NCBI GenBank assembly: GCA_002269645.1
Contig: NIVC01000659.1
Location: forward strand, 1-64,000
DNA from: Macrostomum lignano
Lineage: Eukaryota
Length of the DNA stretch: 64,000 nucleotides
Direction of reading: 5' to 3'
The notes beneath the pieces were generated by a model. It saw only the letters and a program-made list of their open reading frames with translations, was not told where the DNA came from and made no database searches. Every line of letters begins with the position of its first letter. The first letter of the stretch is position 1. Both the position numbers and the translations under genes were made by a program. This document shows, in pieces, positions 13,421 to 24,629 of the stretch.

Positions 13421-14156
13421 CATGGGAGAGTTGGGGAGGGGCAACCAAATTTGTTGCCAGACTTCGCCTCCAATCCAGATTTCAAGCTTGAAGAGTCCAT
13501 GGCATGGGCGCTACACTTTCTAGCAATGTCGTATTGATGATGGCTTCGGCTCTGGGCTAGAAGAAAACTGGTATCTCAGAGATATAAAAGGAGAAAACTG
13601 TTGCTGCCATGGGGGCCTTCGACTAATGCAATAATCAATCTTTGGGGGGGGGGGGAGGCTGCTGCTGCTGTGGCATCGGCGGCAGCTTTGAAGGCAGGAA
13701 TATTTATCTGTAGGGAGAGAAGGGCAGGGGGAGCCAAGGTGTAAGGAACTCCGGAACAATCAAGCCAAGGCCAAATGGCAAGTCTTTTCATCATTTGTGG
13801 CGACTTGTAAGACAAAGAGCGAGAGAGGTGCATATAGGGTTACCATGGAGCCGCATTGGACTAATTTATCAAGTTAATCAAATTTGTAAGCAATTAATTA
13901 TTATCAATAGGACTATTGCGCTGAAGATTTGACAGTCAACATATTCAATGGAGCATTCCGCATAGGTCCTCGTGATGCTTGACTTGACCGGCCTTAGTGA
14001 CGAGGCTCTTGCTGATGCTGCGGGGCAATTAGTGATATCCTGTTTCCAACGGCTGGTTGCGTGCGTGATAATGACCAGTGAAGTCGTGACGAAGTCAAAC
14101 TGACTGCATGTCTGCCATTCCATCGCACAGATTCGCTCTGATTCACGCCACTAGTT

Positions 14157-14560
14157 CTTCGGGTCTGAAGGTGTCACTTCGGGTCTGAGGGTGTCACTTC
14201 GGGTCTGAGGGTGTCACTTTGGGTCTGAGGGTGTCACTTCGGGTCTGAGGGTGTCACTTCGGGTGTGAGGGTGTCACTTCGGGTCTGAGGGTGTCACTTT
14301 GGGTCTGAGGGTGTCACTTCGGGTCTGAGGGTGTCACTTCGGGTCTGAGGGTGTCACTTCGGGTCTGAGGGTGTCACTTCGGATCTGAGGGTGTCACTTC
14401 GGATCTGAGGGTGTCACTTCGGGTCTGAGGGTGTCACTTCGGGTCTGAGGGTGTCACTTCGGGTCTGAGGGTGTCACTTCGGATCTGAGGGTGTCACTTC
14501 GGGTCTGAGGGTGTCACTTCGGGTCTGAGGGTGTCACTTCGGGTCTGAGGGTGTCATTTA
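14157..14560. repeat. 20-bp minisatellite (TTCGGGTCTGAGGGTGTCAC), ~20 copies
   Basis: Regular tandem array. Confidence 0.96.
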
Positions 14561-15363
14561 AAATATTAGGGTGCCCCTTCAAATCTGAGTGGTGCCATTT
14601 CAAATCTGAGTGGTGCCGTTTCAAATGTCAGTTTTTGTCGTGTTTAAACTTGAAGCCACAAAGTAAGCCCCATATACTATTAAAATTGTTCAATATAAGG
14701 TTCGGAGAGTACATGTATATACTGAGCGCAAGTGATGTCGCTTACCATTATATAATGGCCTGACTTGTGACTCTGAAGCCTTCCGGAAAAAAGGATGTAC
14801 AGCAAAAAGTGTATAAATAGATCTTTTTATAAACCAGCTGAAATTATACTATACTACTGGGTTCGCACTGTCGGCATTTTGCCTTTGATCTTTTGATCGT
14901 TCAAAGGGTTAGTTAGAATTGGTGATTTTTAATAATAGCCTCTGCAGTATCAGCCTGCCGCCGCCGATCCTGCTCAAAATGATAACGACTTCCACCCCTT
15001 TATCTGAGCAGCCGCTGTGGAGGGGTTGGGTTTAGTTGAAAGATTTACAACTCCATATATTATAAAATGATGAATGCTGGGCTAGTCAGGTCATTTATCT
15101 TTCAACCCTCGCTGCGACTGAGACAGCCAATGAGGCTTGCTGGCGGCATTGATTAAATAACAAAAAACTTCAAACTTCCCGAGAACTAAGGAAGGTCCTC
15201 AGCGAGCTTGAGACAATTGATTTCATGGGGCTTTTTGGGCGATTTATTTATTCCTCTCTGCTTTCCGAGATTTTGTCTAATCGTGTCCTAACTATGCTAC
15301 TGATTGCAGTAGCAATGCAGAAATTTGACCTTAATTATGTTTTAAGTGCAGAATTGCATAAAT

Positions 15364-15625
15364 CAGAGGTCGACAAAATTTTTAAGGAGAAAGAAGAGGC
15401 GAAGGAATAATTTGAACAAAGTACAAGAGAGGAGGCGAGAGGAGAGGAGAAATGAAATTGGAGATGAGAGAGGAGAGAAGAGAATAGAGAGGATATTAGA
15501 CAGAAGAGACCTGAGAAGAGACCTTGAGCGGACCGGATTGCTATTGTGAAGTTTCAAAGGACCCGAGGGTCATATAGAGAGGCTTCGCGGGCCGCGTGTT
15601 GGCCCTCGAAGTTTGCCAACCTCTG
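15364..15625. mobile_element. Possible hAT-type MITE remnant; internal part shared with ~2520-2590
   Basis: Left end CAGAGGTCGACAAAA; right end GTTTGCCAACCTCTG (reverse complement CAGAGGTTGGCAAAC). Shares GGATTGCTATTGTGAAGTTTCAAAGGACCCGAGGG with the 2.5-kb region. No clean 8-bp target-site duplication. Confidence 0.5.
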
Positions 15626-15859
15626 TCTGAATGCTGGTTTTAGAGATACAGTGAGTTTCTGTTCTATATAGAAAATATTTTTGAGTTCACTGGCATCCCA
15701 AGGCGGCCAGTCAAAGATGGAAAAGATGGCGTGGTGCCAGGGTGCCCACAACCCAACTAAAAATATTAATTAATTTATTATAAATATATATGACCCGGAA
15801 ATGCGGCTCTAATGAAGTAAAACAGCCGTTTGCGCACAAAAAAGACTGGAAGAAATTTG

Positions 15860-16355
15860 TACAACACAATTATCATAACACAAAACAATTACAACACAGC
15901 ACAGAAATGCCACAACACAACACAGAGATACAACAACACAACACATAAATACAACAACACAACACCTAAATACAACAACACAGAGATACAACAACACAAC
16001 ACCTAAATACAACAACACAACACAGAAATACAACAACACAACACAGAAATACAACAACACAACACATAAATACAACAACACAACACATAAATACAACAAC
16101 ACAACACATAAATACAACAACACAACACAGAAATACAACAACACAACACATAAATACAACAACACAACACATAAATACAACAACACAACACATAAATACA
16201 ACAACACAACACAGAGATACAACAACACAACACATAAATACAACAACACAACACAGAAAAACAACACAGAGATACAACAACACAACACATAAATACAACA
16301 ACACAACACAGAAAAACAACAGATATACAACAACACAACACCTAAATACAACACA
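15860..16355. repeat. CA-rich ~21-bp minisatellite (AAATACAACAACACAACACAT)
   Basis: Tandem array; source of the spurious Cys/Val-rich ORFs. Confidence 0.93.
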
Positions 16356-17280
16356 AAAACAACTGAAATAGCCTTCCGTTCAGTTCCAGACTACTATTTA
16401 GCACTCCACGATCTGAACAGTTTCAGTTCATAAGACAATTTTTATGTGACCCCTCACCGGCGCAGAGGGGGCGGCAACTCTCTCAGAACAGAACAACATT
16501 AAAAAGTTTGACCGCGGCGGCTCTGCGTGGTCGGTCGGGTTGGGGGGGCTGGGACTCGGCGGCTTCTCTCTCTGATCTTTTTTCTAAGAGCCATGCATAA
16601 CAGCAGCCACTGACTCAGCCGGGCCCGCAGTGGTCAGCCACCCCCTCCCCGCCGGCACCAAACCAGCCACGGGGGGGGGTTTGGGGGGTTGGGGGGGGGC
16701 AGTGGCCTGTTTCAGCGCGCCCCACAGCAGGTCGTAAAACCGAGAAAGCATCGATGGCCCGCCGCCAGTCAGGCAGCCAAGCCAAGTGCGTCCCACCACC
16801 CCACCCACACCAATTTTAACAACCTTTTCGCTGCGCCCAGGCCCAGCTTATATTATATGAGCTGCAAAGGCTAGCTGAGAGAGAGAGAGAGAGCTGGGAC
16901 GGGAGGAGGAGAAACGGCCTGCCTGACTTACTGCCGAACAACTCCTAGGGTGCATGATACTGATAGGTATTGACTGTGGTGTTTATTAAGAAAGAAAATT
17001 GATTTCTTCTTGGTTTAGAAGGTTGAAAACAAACTACTGCAAACACGTGCATTAATCAAAGCCTCGTTGTCTGTCAGCTACGAGCTACAGCTACAGCCCA
17101 GGTACCAGTACCACCGTGGACAGGTAAGTTGAGGCCATAACATTGTCATCGTCATGTCAACTCAAATTAGCTAACCTAACGAGTTTTATTTTTTTTAATA
17201 ATTGACCTCCGCCTCCAACAAAAGCAGTCATTATTGTGTCCTGTACATGCGAGCTGCTGACGCTGACGCTGACGCCTGAA

Positions 17281-17345
17281 TGGGCAGACCCGGAGACTAA
17301 TTCGGTTATTGATTGCTCAGAAGCTCGTTTCTACAGGTGCGCAGA
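17281..17345 (+). ncRNA. mir-993: miR-993 precursor (miR-10 superfamily, Hox-cluster microRNA); mature 3p about 17320-17341
   Basis: GAAGCTCGTTTCTACAGGT at 17320-17338 matches the conserved miR-993-3p (GAAGCUCGU(C/U)UCUACAGGUAUCU, from memory) over 19 nt including the seed. The upstream arm gives an imperfect stem by hand (GGAGAC with GTTTCT; TGGGCA..CC with GGTGCGCA). Confidence 0.85.
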
Positions 17346-18024
17346 CTGTGTTATTCAGCCGAGGACAGGTCCAGGTGTAACCTTTGCCCCTTTTACCCGC
17401 AGCCTTTGTTACCTGTGATACTATTGACGTATTGAGTGCCGGATCTCCCCACTATATATTTTTAATTCTACTCAAAATGTTAAAATTGATGTCGTGAGAC
17501 TTAGTCGACAATTGACATTCGTTAACACAAGCGTACTTTAAAAAGGCCAAAGCTTAAATCTACGCAAAAATTACATCCTGACAAGTTACCTTTTCCAGCT
17601 AGTCCTCCCGAATAAATTTAGCGAACATACCCCGCTATTTTTCCAAACCTAAAATATCATAAATATAAATTGAAAGAGTTTCCAATTCCATGCCATTCAA
17701 ACTTCCAATCAATTACGCTTGCATTATTGGCCTACGATTTCACAGATATTAGATTCTTAGAATAACTACTAGCAATCTAGTGCGGCCCCCCTTCGGGGCG
17801 CCCAATAAGCACGGAGCAAAAATAGTTAATGGAAAACAATTAAAAAAGCACATTTTCTTAAACACCAATTCCTTCTTAACTTTTAAAAATCACCTTATTC
17901 ATGTAAAATTGTCACGGACAATGATATTTGCTATGAATCTATTTTTTTCTAAAATTAACAAATATACAACAAAATATAACTTTCACAAAGATAACAGACA
18001 TTACCCCTAAATAGAAAATATTCC

Positions 18025-18650
18025 CAAGACAGCAAGCATCCCTCCAGATAGCAAGCACCCCCTCCAAAAGTAAGCAACCGCAGATAGCAAGCATCCCCTA
18101 ATACTCGTAGCAAGCATCCACCCAGATAGCGAGCATCCTGCAGACAGCAAGCATTTCCCAAATATTGTAGAATCATCCACCCAGATAGCAAGCATCTGCA
18201 GATAACAAGCATCCCCCAAATATTGTAGAAGCATCCACCCAGATAGCAAGCATCCCCCAAATATTGTAGAAGCATCCACCCAGATAGCAAGCATCTGCAG
18301 ATAGCAAGCATCCACCCAGACAGCAAGCATTTCCCAAATATTGTAGAAGCATCCACCCAAATAGCAAGCATCTGCAGATAACAAGCATCCCCCAAATATT
18401 GTAGAAGCATCCAGCTAGATAGCAAGCATCCCCCAAATATTGTAGAAGCATCCACCCAGACAGCAAGCATCCCCCAGATAGCAAGCATCCACCCAGACAG
18501 CAAGCATCCTGCAGATACCAAGCACCCCCCAGATATTGTAGAAGCATCCACCCAGACAGCAAGCATCTCCCAGATAGCAAGCATCCACCCAGACAGCAAG
18601 CATCCTGCAGATACCAAGCACCACCCAAATATTGCAGAAGCATCAACCCA
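18025..18650. repeat. Degenerate minisatellite (CAGATAGCAAGCATCC[A/C]CC)
   Basis: Tandem variants, inside the Helitron. Confidence 0.9.
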
Positions 18651-18699
18651 GTTAGTAAGAATCCATAAAAAGCAAACATCCCTAGATAGAAAGAATCCC

Positions 18700-20470
18700 A
18701 TACATATAGCCAAGCTTATCAAGCGCAGTAATCCTTTGTTTGCCAAGCGCAGTAATCATTGGTTTATCAAGTGCAGTAATCCTTGGCTTATCAAGTGAAG
18801 TAAGTTCTGGTCTATCAAGTGCAGTAATCCTTGGTTTATCAAGTGCAGTAAGTCTTGGTTTATCAAGTGCAGTAAGTCTTGGTCTATCAAGTGCAGAAAT
18901 CCTTGGTTTATCAAGTGCAGAAATCCTTGGTTTATAAAGTGCCGTAAGTCTTGGTTTATCCAATGCAGTAGTCCTTGGTTTATCAAGTGCAATAATCCTT
19001 GGTTAATCAAGTGCAGTAATCCTTGGTTTATCAAGTGCAGTAATCCTTGGTTTATCAAGTGCAGTAATCCTTGGTTTATCAAGTGCAGAAATCCTTGGCT
19101 TATCAAGTGCAGTAATCCTTGGTTTATCAAGTGCAGTAACCCTTTGTTTATCAAGCGCAGTAGTCCTTGGTTTATCAAGTGCAGTAATCCTTGGCTTATC
19201 GAGTGCAATAATCCTTGGCTTATCAAGTGCAATAATCCTTGGTTTATCAAGTGCAATAATCCTTGGTTTATCAAGCGCAGTAATCTTTGGCTTATCAAGT
19301 GCAATAATCCTTGGTTTATCAAGTGCAGTAATCCTTGGCCTATCAAGTGCAATAATCCTTGGTTTATCAAGCGCAGTAATCCTTGGCTTATCGAGTGCAA
19401 TAATCCTTGGCTTAGCAAGTGCAATAATCCTTGGTTTATCGAGTGCAGTAATCCTTGGCTTATCAAGTGCAGTAATCCTTGGTTTATCAAGTGCAGTAAG
19501 TCTTGGTTAATCTAGTGCAGTAATCCTTGGTTTATCAAGTGCAGTAACCCTTTGTTTATCAAGCGCAGTAGTCCTTGGCTTATCGAGTGCAATAATCCTT
19601 GGCTTATCAAGTGCAATAATCCTTGGTTTATCAAGTGCAATAATCCTTGGTTTATCAAACGCAGTAATCTTTGGCTTATCGAGTGCAATAATCCTTGGCT
19701 TATCAAGTGCAATAATCCTTGGTTTATCAAGTGCAATAATCCTTGGTTTATCAAGCGCAGTAATCTTTGGCTTATCAAGTGCAATAATCCTTGGTTTATC
19801 AAGTGCAGTAATCCTTGGCCTATCAAGTGCAATAATCCTTGGTTTATCAAGCGCAGTAATCCTTGGCTTATCGAGTGCAATAATCCTTGGCTTATCGAGT
19901 GCAATAATCCTTGGCTTATCCAGTGCAATAATCCTTGGTTTATCAAGTACAAAAATCCTTGGCTTATCAAGTGCAATAATCCTTGGTTTATCAAGTACAA
20001 TAATCCTTGGCTTATCAAGTGCAATAATCCTTGGTTTATCAAGTGCAATAATCCTTGGTTTATCAAGCGCAGTAATCTTTGGCTTATCGAGTGCAATAAT
20101 CCTTGGCTTATCAAGTGCAATAATCCTTGGTTTATCAAGTGCAATAATCCTTGGTTTATCAAGCGCAGTAATCTTTGGCTTATCAAGTGCAATAATCCTT
20201 GGTTTATCAAGTGCAGTAATCCTTGGCCTATCAAGTGCAATAATCCTTGGTTTATCAAGCGCAGTAATCCTTGGCTTATCGAGTGCAATAATCCTTGGCT
20301 TAGCAAGTGCAATAATCCTTGGTTTATCAAGTGCAGTAATCCTTGGCCTATCAAGTGCAATAATCCTTGGTTTATCAAGCGCAGTAATCCTTGGCTTATC
20401 GAGTGCAATAATCCTTGGCTTATCCAGTGCAGTAATCCTTGGTTTATCAAGTACAATAATCCTTGGCTTC
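18700..20470. repeat. 24-bp minisatellite (TATCAAGTGCAGTAATCCTTGGTT), ~70 copies
   Basis: Tandem array; source of the INQGLLHL-repeat ORFs. Confidence 0.97.
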
Positions 20471-20559
20471 TAATCCATAATCCAGGTCTTTTTAATTAGT
20501 TTTTTAATAAAAGCTTTCAATAAAAATTTATGCTACTTTTATTCTTTTATACACTACTA

Positions 20560-20616
20560 AGATTCGAACCCAGGTTGCTGCATTAGCAGTCCAGTGTGTT
20601 CACATCTAGGCTAGCT
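20560..20616 (-). other. tRNA-derived fragment (Ser-GCT-like), probable SINE head or pseudo-tRNA
   Basis: Minus strand reads TAGCCTAGATGTG...TGGACTGCTAATG...GGGTTCGAATCT: A box, GCT anticodon-loop-like motif and B box, but no complete cloverleaf. Confidence 0.45.
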
Positions 20617-22708
20617 CTCATTGAAATTGTAAATGAATTTGTAGCACTTATAATTCAACACTCACACCAAGTCAATAGAGTAAAAGTTACACGAGGCAGT
20701 TATGACATAATCAATTTCTTAGGCAAGTCAGTACCAGTGTCTATTAAAGTTAGCAATATGGTTACGCAAGATAAATCAAGTATTGTGCTATGCTTCCACA
20801 CTGCGTTTTCGATACTGTGACGTAATTCAATTCAGTGTCAAAATTCAGCCAGTACAGAGACGATAAATAAAAGCCTATTGTTATGATGCAATCTATTTCA
20901 GAATCAGAATTCAACCAGTCAGTTTTTTCTCTAGCATTCTTACAATGCATTTCAAGTCGAAAGAGCTGCTTGACCTTTGCAAAAAAGCATGTTTTTCGAA
21001 TATTTAATCCCTTTAGCATCGAGCAATTTCTTAGCCAAGATGCATGTACCATCACGGGCAAATTTCTGATCGAACAGTGCAAGTTCGAAGAAAATCGGTC
21101 CAGCCATTCAGGAGAAAATCGATTTCGTACAAGCAAGCAAGCAAGATTTTCATTTTTAGTATATGGACTAGCCATTAGCCCCCCCGCTGGGGGGCCTTAG
21201 AAATGACACCAAGTGGTTTTTATTTTGGTCCAATGGTAACCATAATTACCATTTCCATTAATCAAAAATTACTTTTTCTCATTTTTGCAAAAACAAACTC
21301 AGCACCACTCACCTTAACAACACTTTTCCAAGATTAGCACCGCTGCTCAGATTAGCACTATTCCCCCCAGATTAGCACCGCTCCTCAGATTAGCACTACT
21401 TCCCCCCAGATTAGCACTGCTCCTCAGATTAGCAATGCTCCTCAGATTAGCACTACTTCCCCCAAGATTAGCACTACTTCCCCCCCCCCCAGATTTGCAC
21501 TTCTCCCCCCAGATTAGCATCGCTCCTCAGATTAGCACCCCTACCCCTAAATTAGCACTCCACTCAGATTAGCAACACTTTGCCAAGACTTTGTCAGTAA
21601 TGGTCTCTGAAAATTAGCGCATACAATAGACTTGCACTGCTGTAGAAGATAAATGCAGTCCCAGAATAAGTAAATAAACATTTCGAAAAATCTGCATCAA
21701 TCTGCATTGGAGGTGACATCAATGTTGTCACAAGTTATGGGGATAAATTTTCTACTTCAATGCAGACTCGAATTGCCCACCATCTGCTTTGCCTCTACAA
21801 CGCGGCTATTTTCGAAGAGAAGCCTTTACTGCTCCCTTGAGAATTCTCATTCACCCCCCCCCCCAGCATTCTGCAGTTCTCCAAGCAAATATTTGAATTT
21901 TTAAGGTAAAATCCTTGAAGAATTTTGCAAGTTTAGAAAAAAACGCGATCAAATTTGGTTGAGGCATTCAGTATTAAATGCGTCATTCACAAACAGACAA
22001 ACAAGGTAGGACTTTTAGTATATTAGAAAATTATATATTAGCACTATTTCCCCAGATTAGCACCACTCCCCGGATTAGCACCATTCCCCCAAAAGTAGCA
22101 CCACTTCCTTAGATTAGCACTACTTCCCCCAGATTAGCACTACTTCCTCCAGATTAGCACTTCTTCCCACAGAACTTACATCACTGAAAGTTCTGTGCTT
22201 CTTCCCCCAGATTAGCACCACTCCCTCAGATTAGCACTATTAGCACCTCTCCCCCAGATTAGCACTATTAGCACCACTCCCCAAAAATTACCACCACTTC
22301 CCCGGATTAGCACCGCTCCCCAGATTAGTACCACTCCCCCAGATCAGCACCACCCCCAGATTAGCACCACTCCCCAAAAATTAGCAGAACTTCCCAAAAA
22401 TTAGCACAGTTTTATACAAAATTAGCACCGCTCCCCCAGATTAGCACCGCTCCTCAGATTAGCATTACTGAGCCCCCAAACTTCCCCCCCCAGATTAGCA
22501 CCACTACCCCTAATAATTAGCACTCCGCCCAGATTAGCAACACTTTGCCAAGATTAGCACTACTCCTCCAGATTAGCAACACTTTGCCAAGATTAGCACT
22601 ACTCCTCCAGATTAGCACCACTCTTCCAGATTAGTAATGCTCTCTGCAAATTAGCACATACAATAGATTGGCACTGATCTAAAAGATTAATGCAGTCCCA
22701 GAATAATA

Positions 22709-23472
22709 TAGCTTTTTGCAGTTTATTTGGGCTTATGCGCATTTAATTTAATCCAAGATACATTTGCCAATGTAACAGAGCTTATTGTCTATGGTAGAAA
22801 GGCTGCCACAGCGGCATTTAATTTAGTCCAACAAGCATCAATTTGGTCCAAATGCTTGTGAGCCAATGGCAAACTCTTGCCTTCTCGCAACCGCCTAAGG
22901 TTTGTTGCGCACCGCTGGAATGTCAGCGTCTGTACCAGCAATTTTCAGTCGCTTTTCCAGAGCTCTGCTGATAGTCCAAATCTGATAACCAACTGGAACT
23001 TTTCCTTCAACTTCTGCTGCATTTTCTGCTCCGTCAACAAAGGGTTCGTCTCAATTGCATTAAGTAGCAGTTGGAACTGAGTCTCTAGCAACTTGCCTTG
23101 GCGATTGCCACCTTTCACAGGCGACCTATGCCAGAAGTGGTTTCAACACGCTGATGGATGCTGTAAACCATCTTTCTTCTACAATATATTCAGCAACCTT
23201 GCAATGTCCTTTGGGTGTTCACCTCTGTTGATTGCTTTGACCACAAGCCAGTGGCATTCGTTCGACGACCTAGCATGGTTCACAATTATGGAGCTGATCT
23301 TGCTCCTCCGCGACAGTTGCAAATGAAGCTATGGACCAAATTGATGCTTGTTGGACTAAATTAAGTGCCGCTGTGGCAGCCTTTCTACCATAGACAATAA
23401 GCTCATTTACTTAGGCAAATCAATTTGGATTAAATTAAATGCACGTAAGCCCAAATGGGCTGCAAAAAGCTA
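22709..23472. mobile_element. Tc1/mariner/IS630-type non-autonomous element nested in a Helitron unit
   Basis: ~140-bp terminal inverted repeats (TAGCTTTTTGCAG...TGCAAAAAGCTA) flanked by TA on both sides. The internal minus strand holds decayed HTH-transposase-like peptides (LVVKAINRGEHPKDIARLLNI; LLLNAIETNPLLTEQKMQQKLKEKF). Confidence 0.8.
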
Positions 23473-24056
23473 TATCATTCAATGAAAATTTCAAAATTTC
23501 AAAGTTATAGGTATACTTTTCAGCTTCAATGCAGACTCCAATTGCCGACCATCTGCTTTGCCTCTACAACGCGGCTATTTTCGAAGAGAAGCCTATACTA
23601 TTCCCTCAAGAATTTTCATTCATCCCCAAGCATTCTGCAGTTCTCTCGGCTGGCTCCTCAGTCTCAGCAAACTTGCAATGATCCTTTCAACAATTTAAAA
23701 CATTTCTCAGCATTTAGTACGACTCATTAATCAGTGTTCGATACATATCGGCGGACTTTTGCACAACTCAGGATTTAGCTGTGCCTATGCCTTCAGCAGT
23801 TTAGCAGCATTGTCTGCATTTTAGCACTTTCATACTTTAAATGGAGCTAGGCAACACCCATTGATGAGATCAGCCAGACTTGAAGCAGTTTTACAAATCA
23901 AATTTGCTTAGTGGCTTGTGCCGATTAGCAAAAATAATTCATTGCTTTACTTAATAAAAAAATTTCCATCGCTATTAATCAATATTAATCGAAAGATGTT
24001 CTAATTAGTGGATGCATAAGTTACAAATAAATATAAATTAATTCAAATTTAATTGT

Positions 24057-24130
24057 TCGCAGCGAGGTGGACTCGAACCTGGGACCTTACGCCTAGCCTA
24101 AACCTGGTGCCTACATGCGGCTACTCCGCC
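24057..24130 (-). pseudogene. tRNA-Leu(TAG)-like pseudogene or SINE head
   Basis: Minus strand reads GGCGGAGTAGCCGCATGTAGG...TTTAGGCT...GGTTCGAGTCCACCTCGCTGCGA: A box, TAG anticodon loop, B box and a Leu-like 3' end; stems poorly paired. Confidence 0.5.
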
Positions 24131-24629
24131 TATTGATGGAAAGGCGAGAAAATCAGCCATATAAGCTTCGACACTGCAGTCAAATACATAGCAGTGATGG
24201 GCTGCTCAGTGCGCAGGCAGAGCCAATGCACAGTTGAGTGAAATCTATAAATAGCAATTGTCTATGCAGTCCGCCATTCAGCCAGGGTCAGAGGAATGTA
24301 CACACAGCCACTGAGCATTTTTTCTCTCCCTTGCACACTGTAGCCAGTATTGAAACTTAGAGAAAAAAGTTATGGCGCAATCTCAATTGGTGTTTCAATT
24401 CAGTCAGTCGAGATTTTGACCTTTTCTAGCCTCCCATTAAAAGCATAGGGAAAACTCGTTTTTCGAATATTTAATCCACTTAGCACGGAAGCAAATTTTT
24501 GAAAATTTTTAGGTACAATCCTTGAAAAATTTTGCAGGTTTAGAAAAAAACGCGATCAAATTTGGTTGAGGCATTCAGTATTAAATGCGTCATTCACAAA
24601 CAAACAAAGGTAGGACTTTTAGTATATTA

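Larger units (their letters stand above)
17769..21167 (-). mobile_element. Non-autonomous Helitron (3.4 kb) carrying two minisatellites
   Basis: Minus-strand 5' end TCCATATACTAAAAATG at 21167, followed by a (GCTT)n run. 3' GC hairpin at ~17782-17801 followed by CTAG|T at 17772-17769. Confidence 0.75.
21168..24629 (-). mobile_element. Two related non-autonomous Helitron units (21168-22027 and 22028-24629) with an AGATTAGCAC minisatellite
   Basis: 3' hairpin at 21178-21195 plus CTAG at 21171-21168 abuts the next unit's TC. 5' ends TCTAATATACTAAAAG (22027) and TAATATACTAAAAG (24629). Duplicated internal segments: 21720-21880 ~ 23520-23640 and 21890-22025 ~ 24490-24628. Confidence 0.72.
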
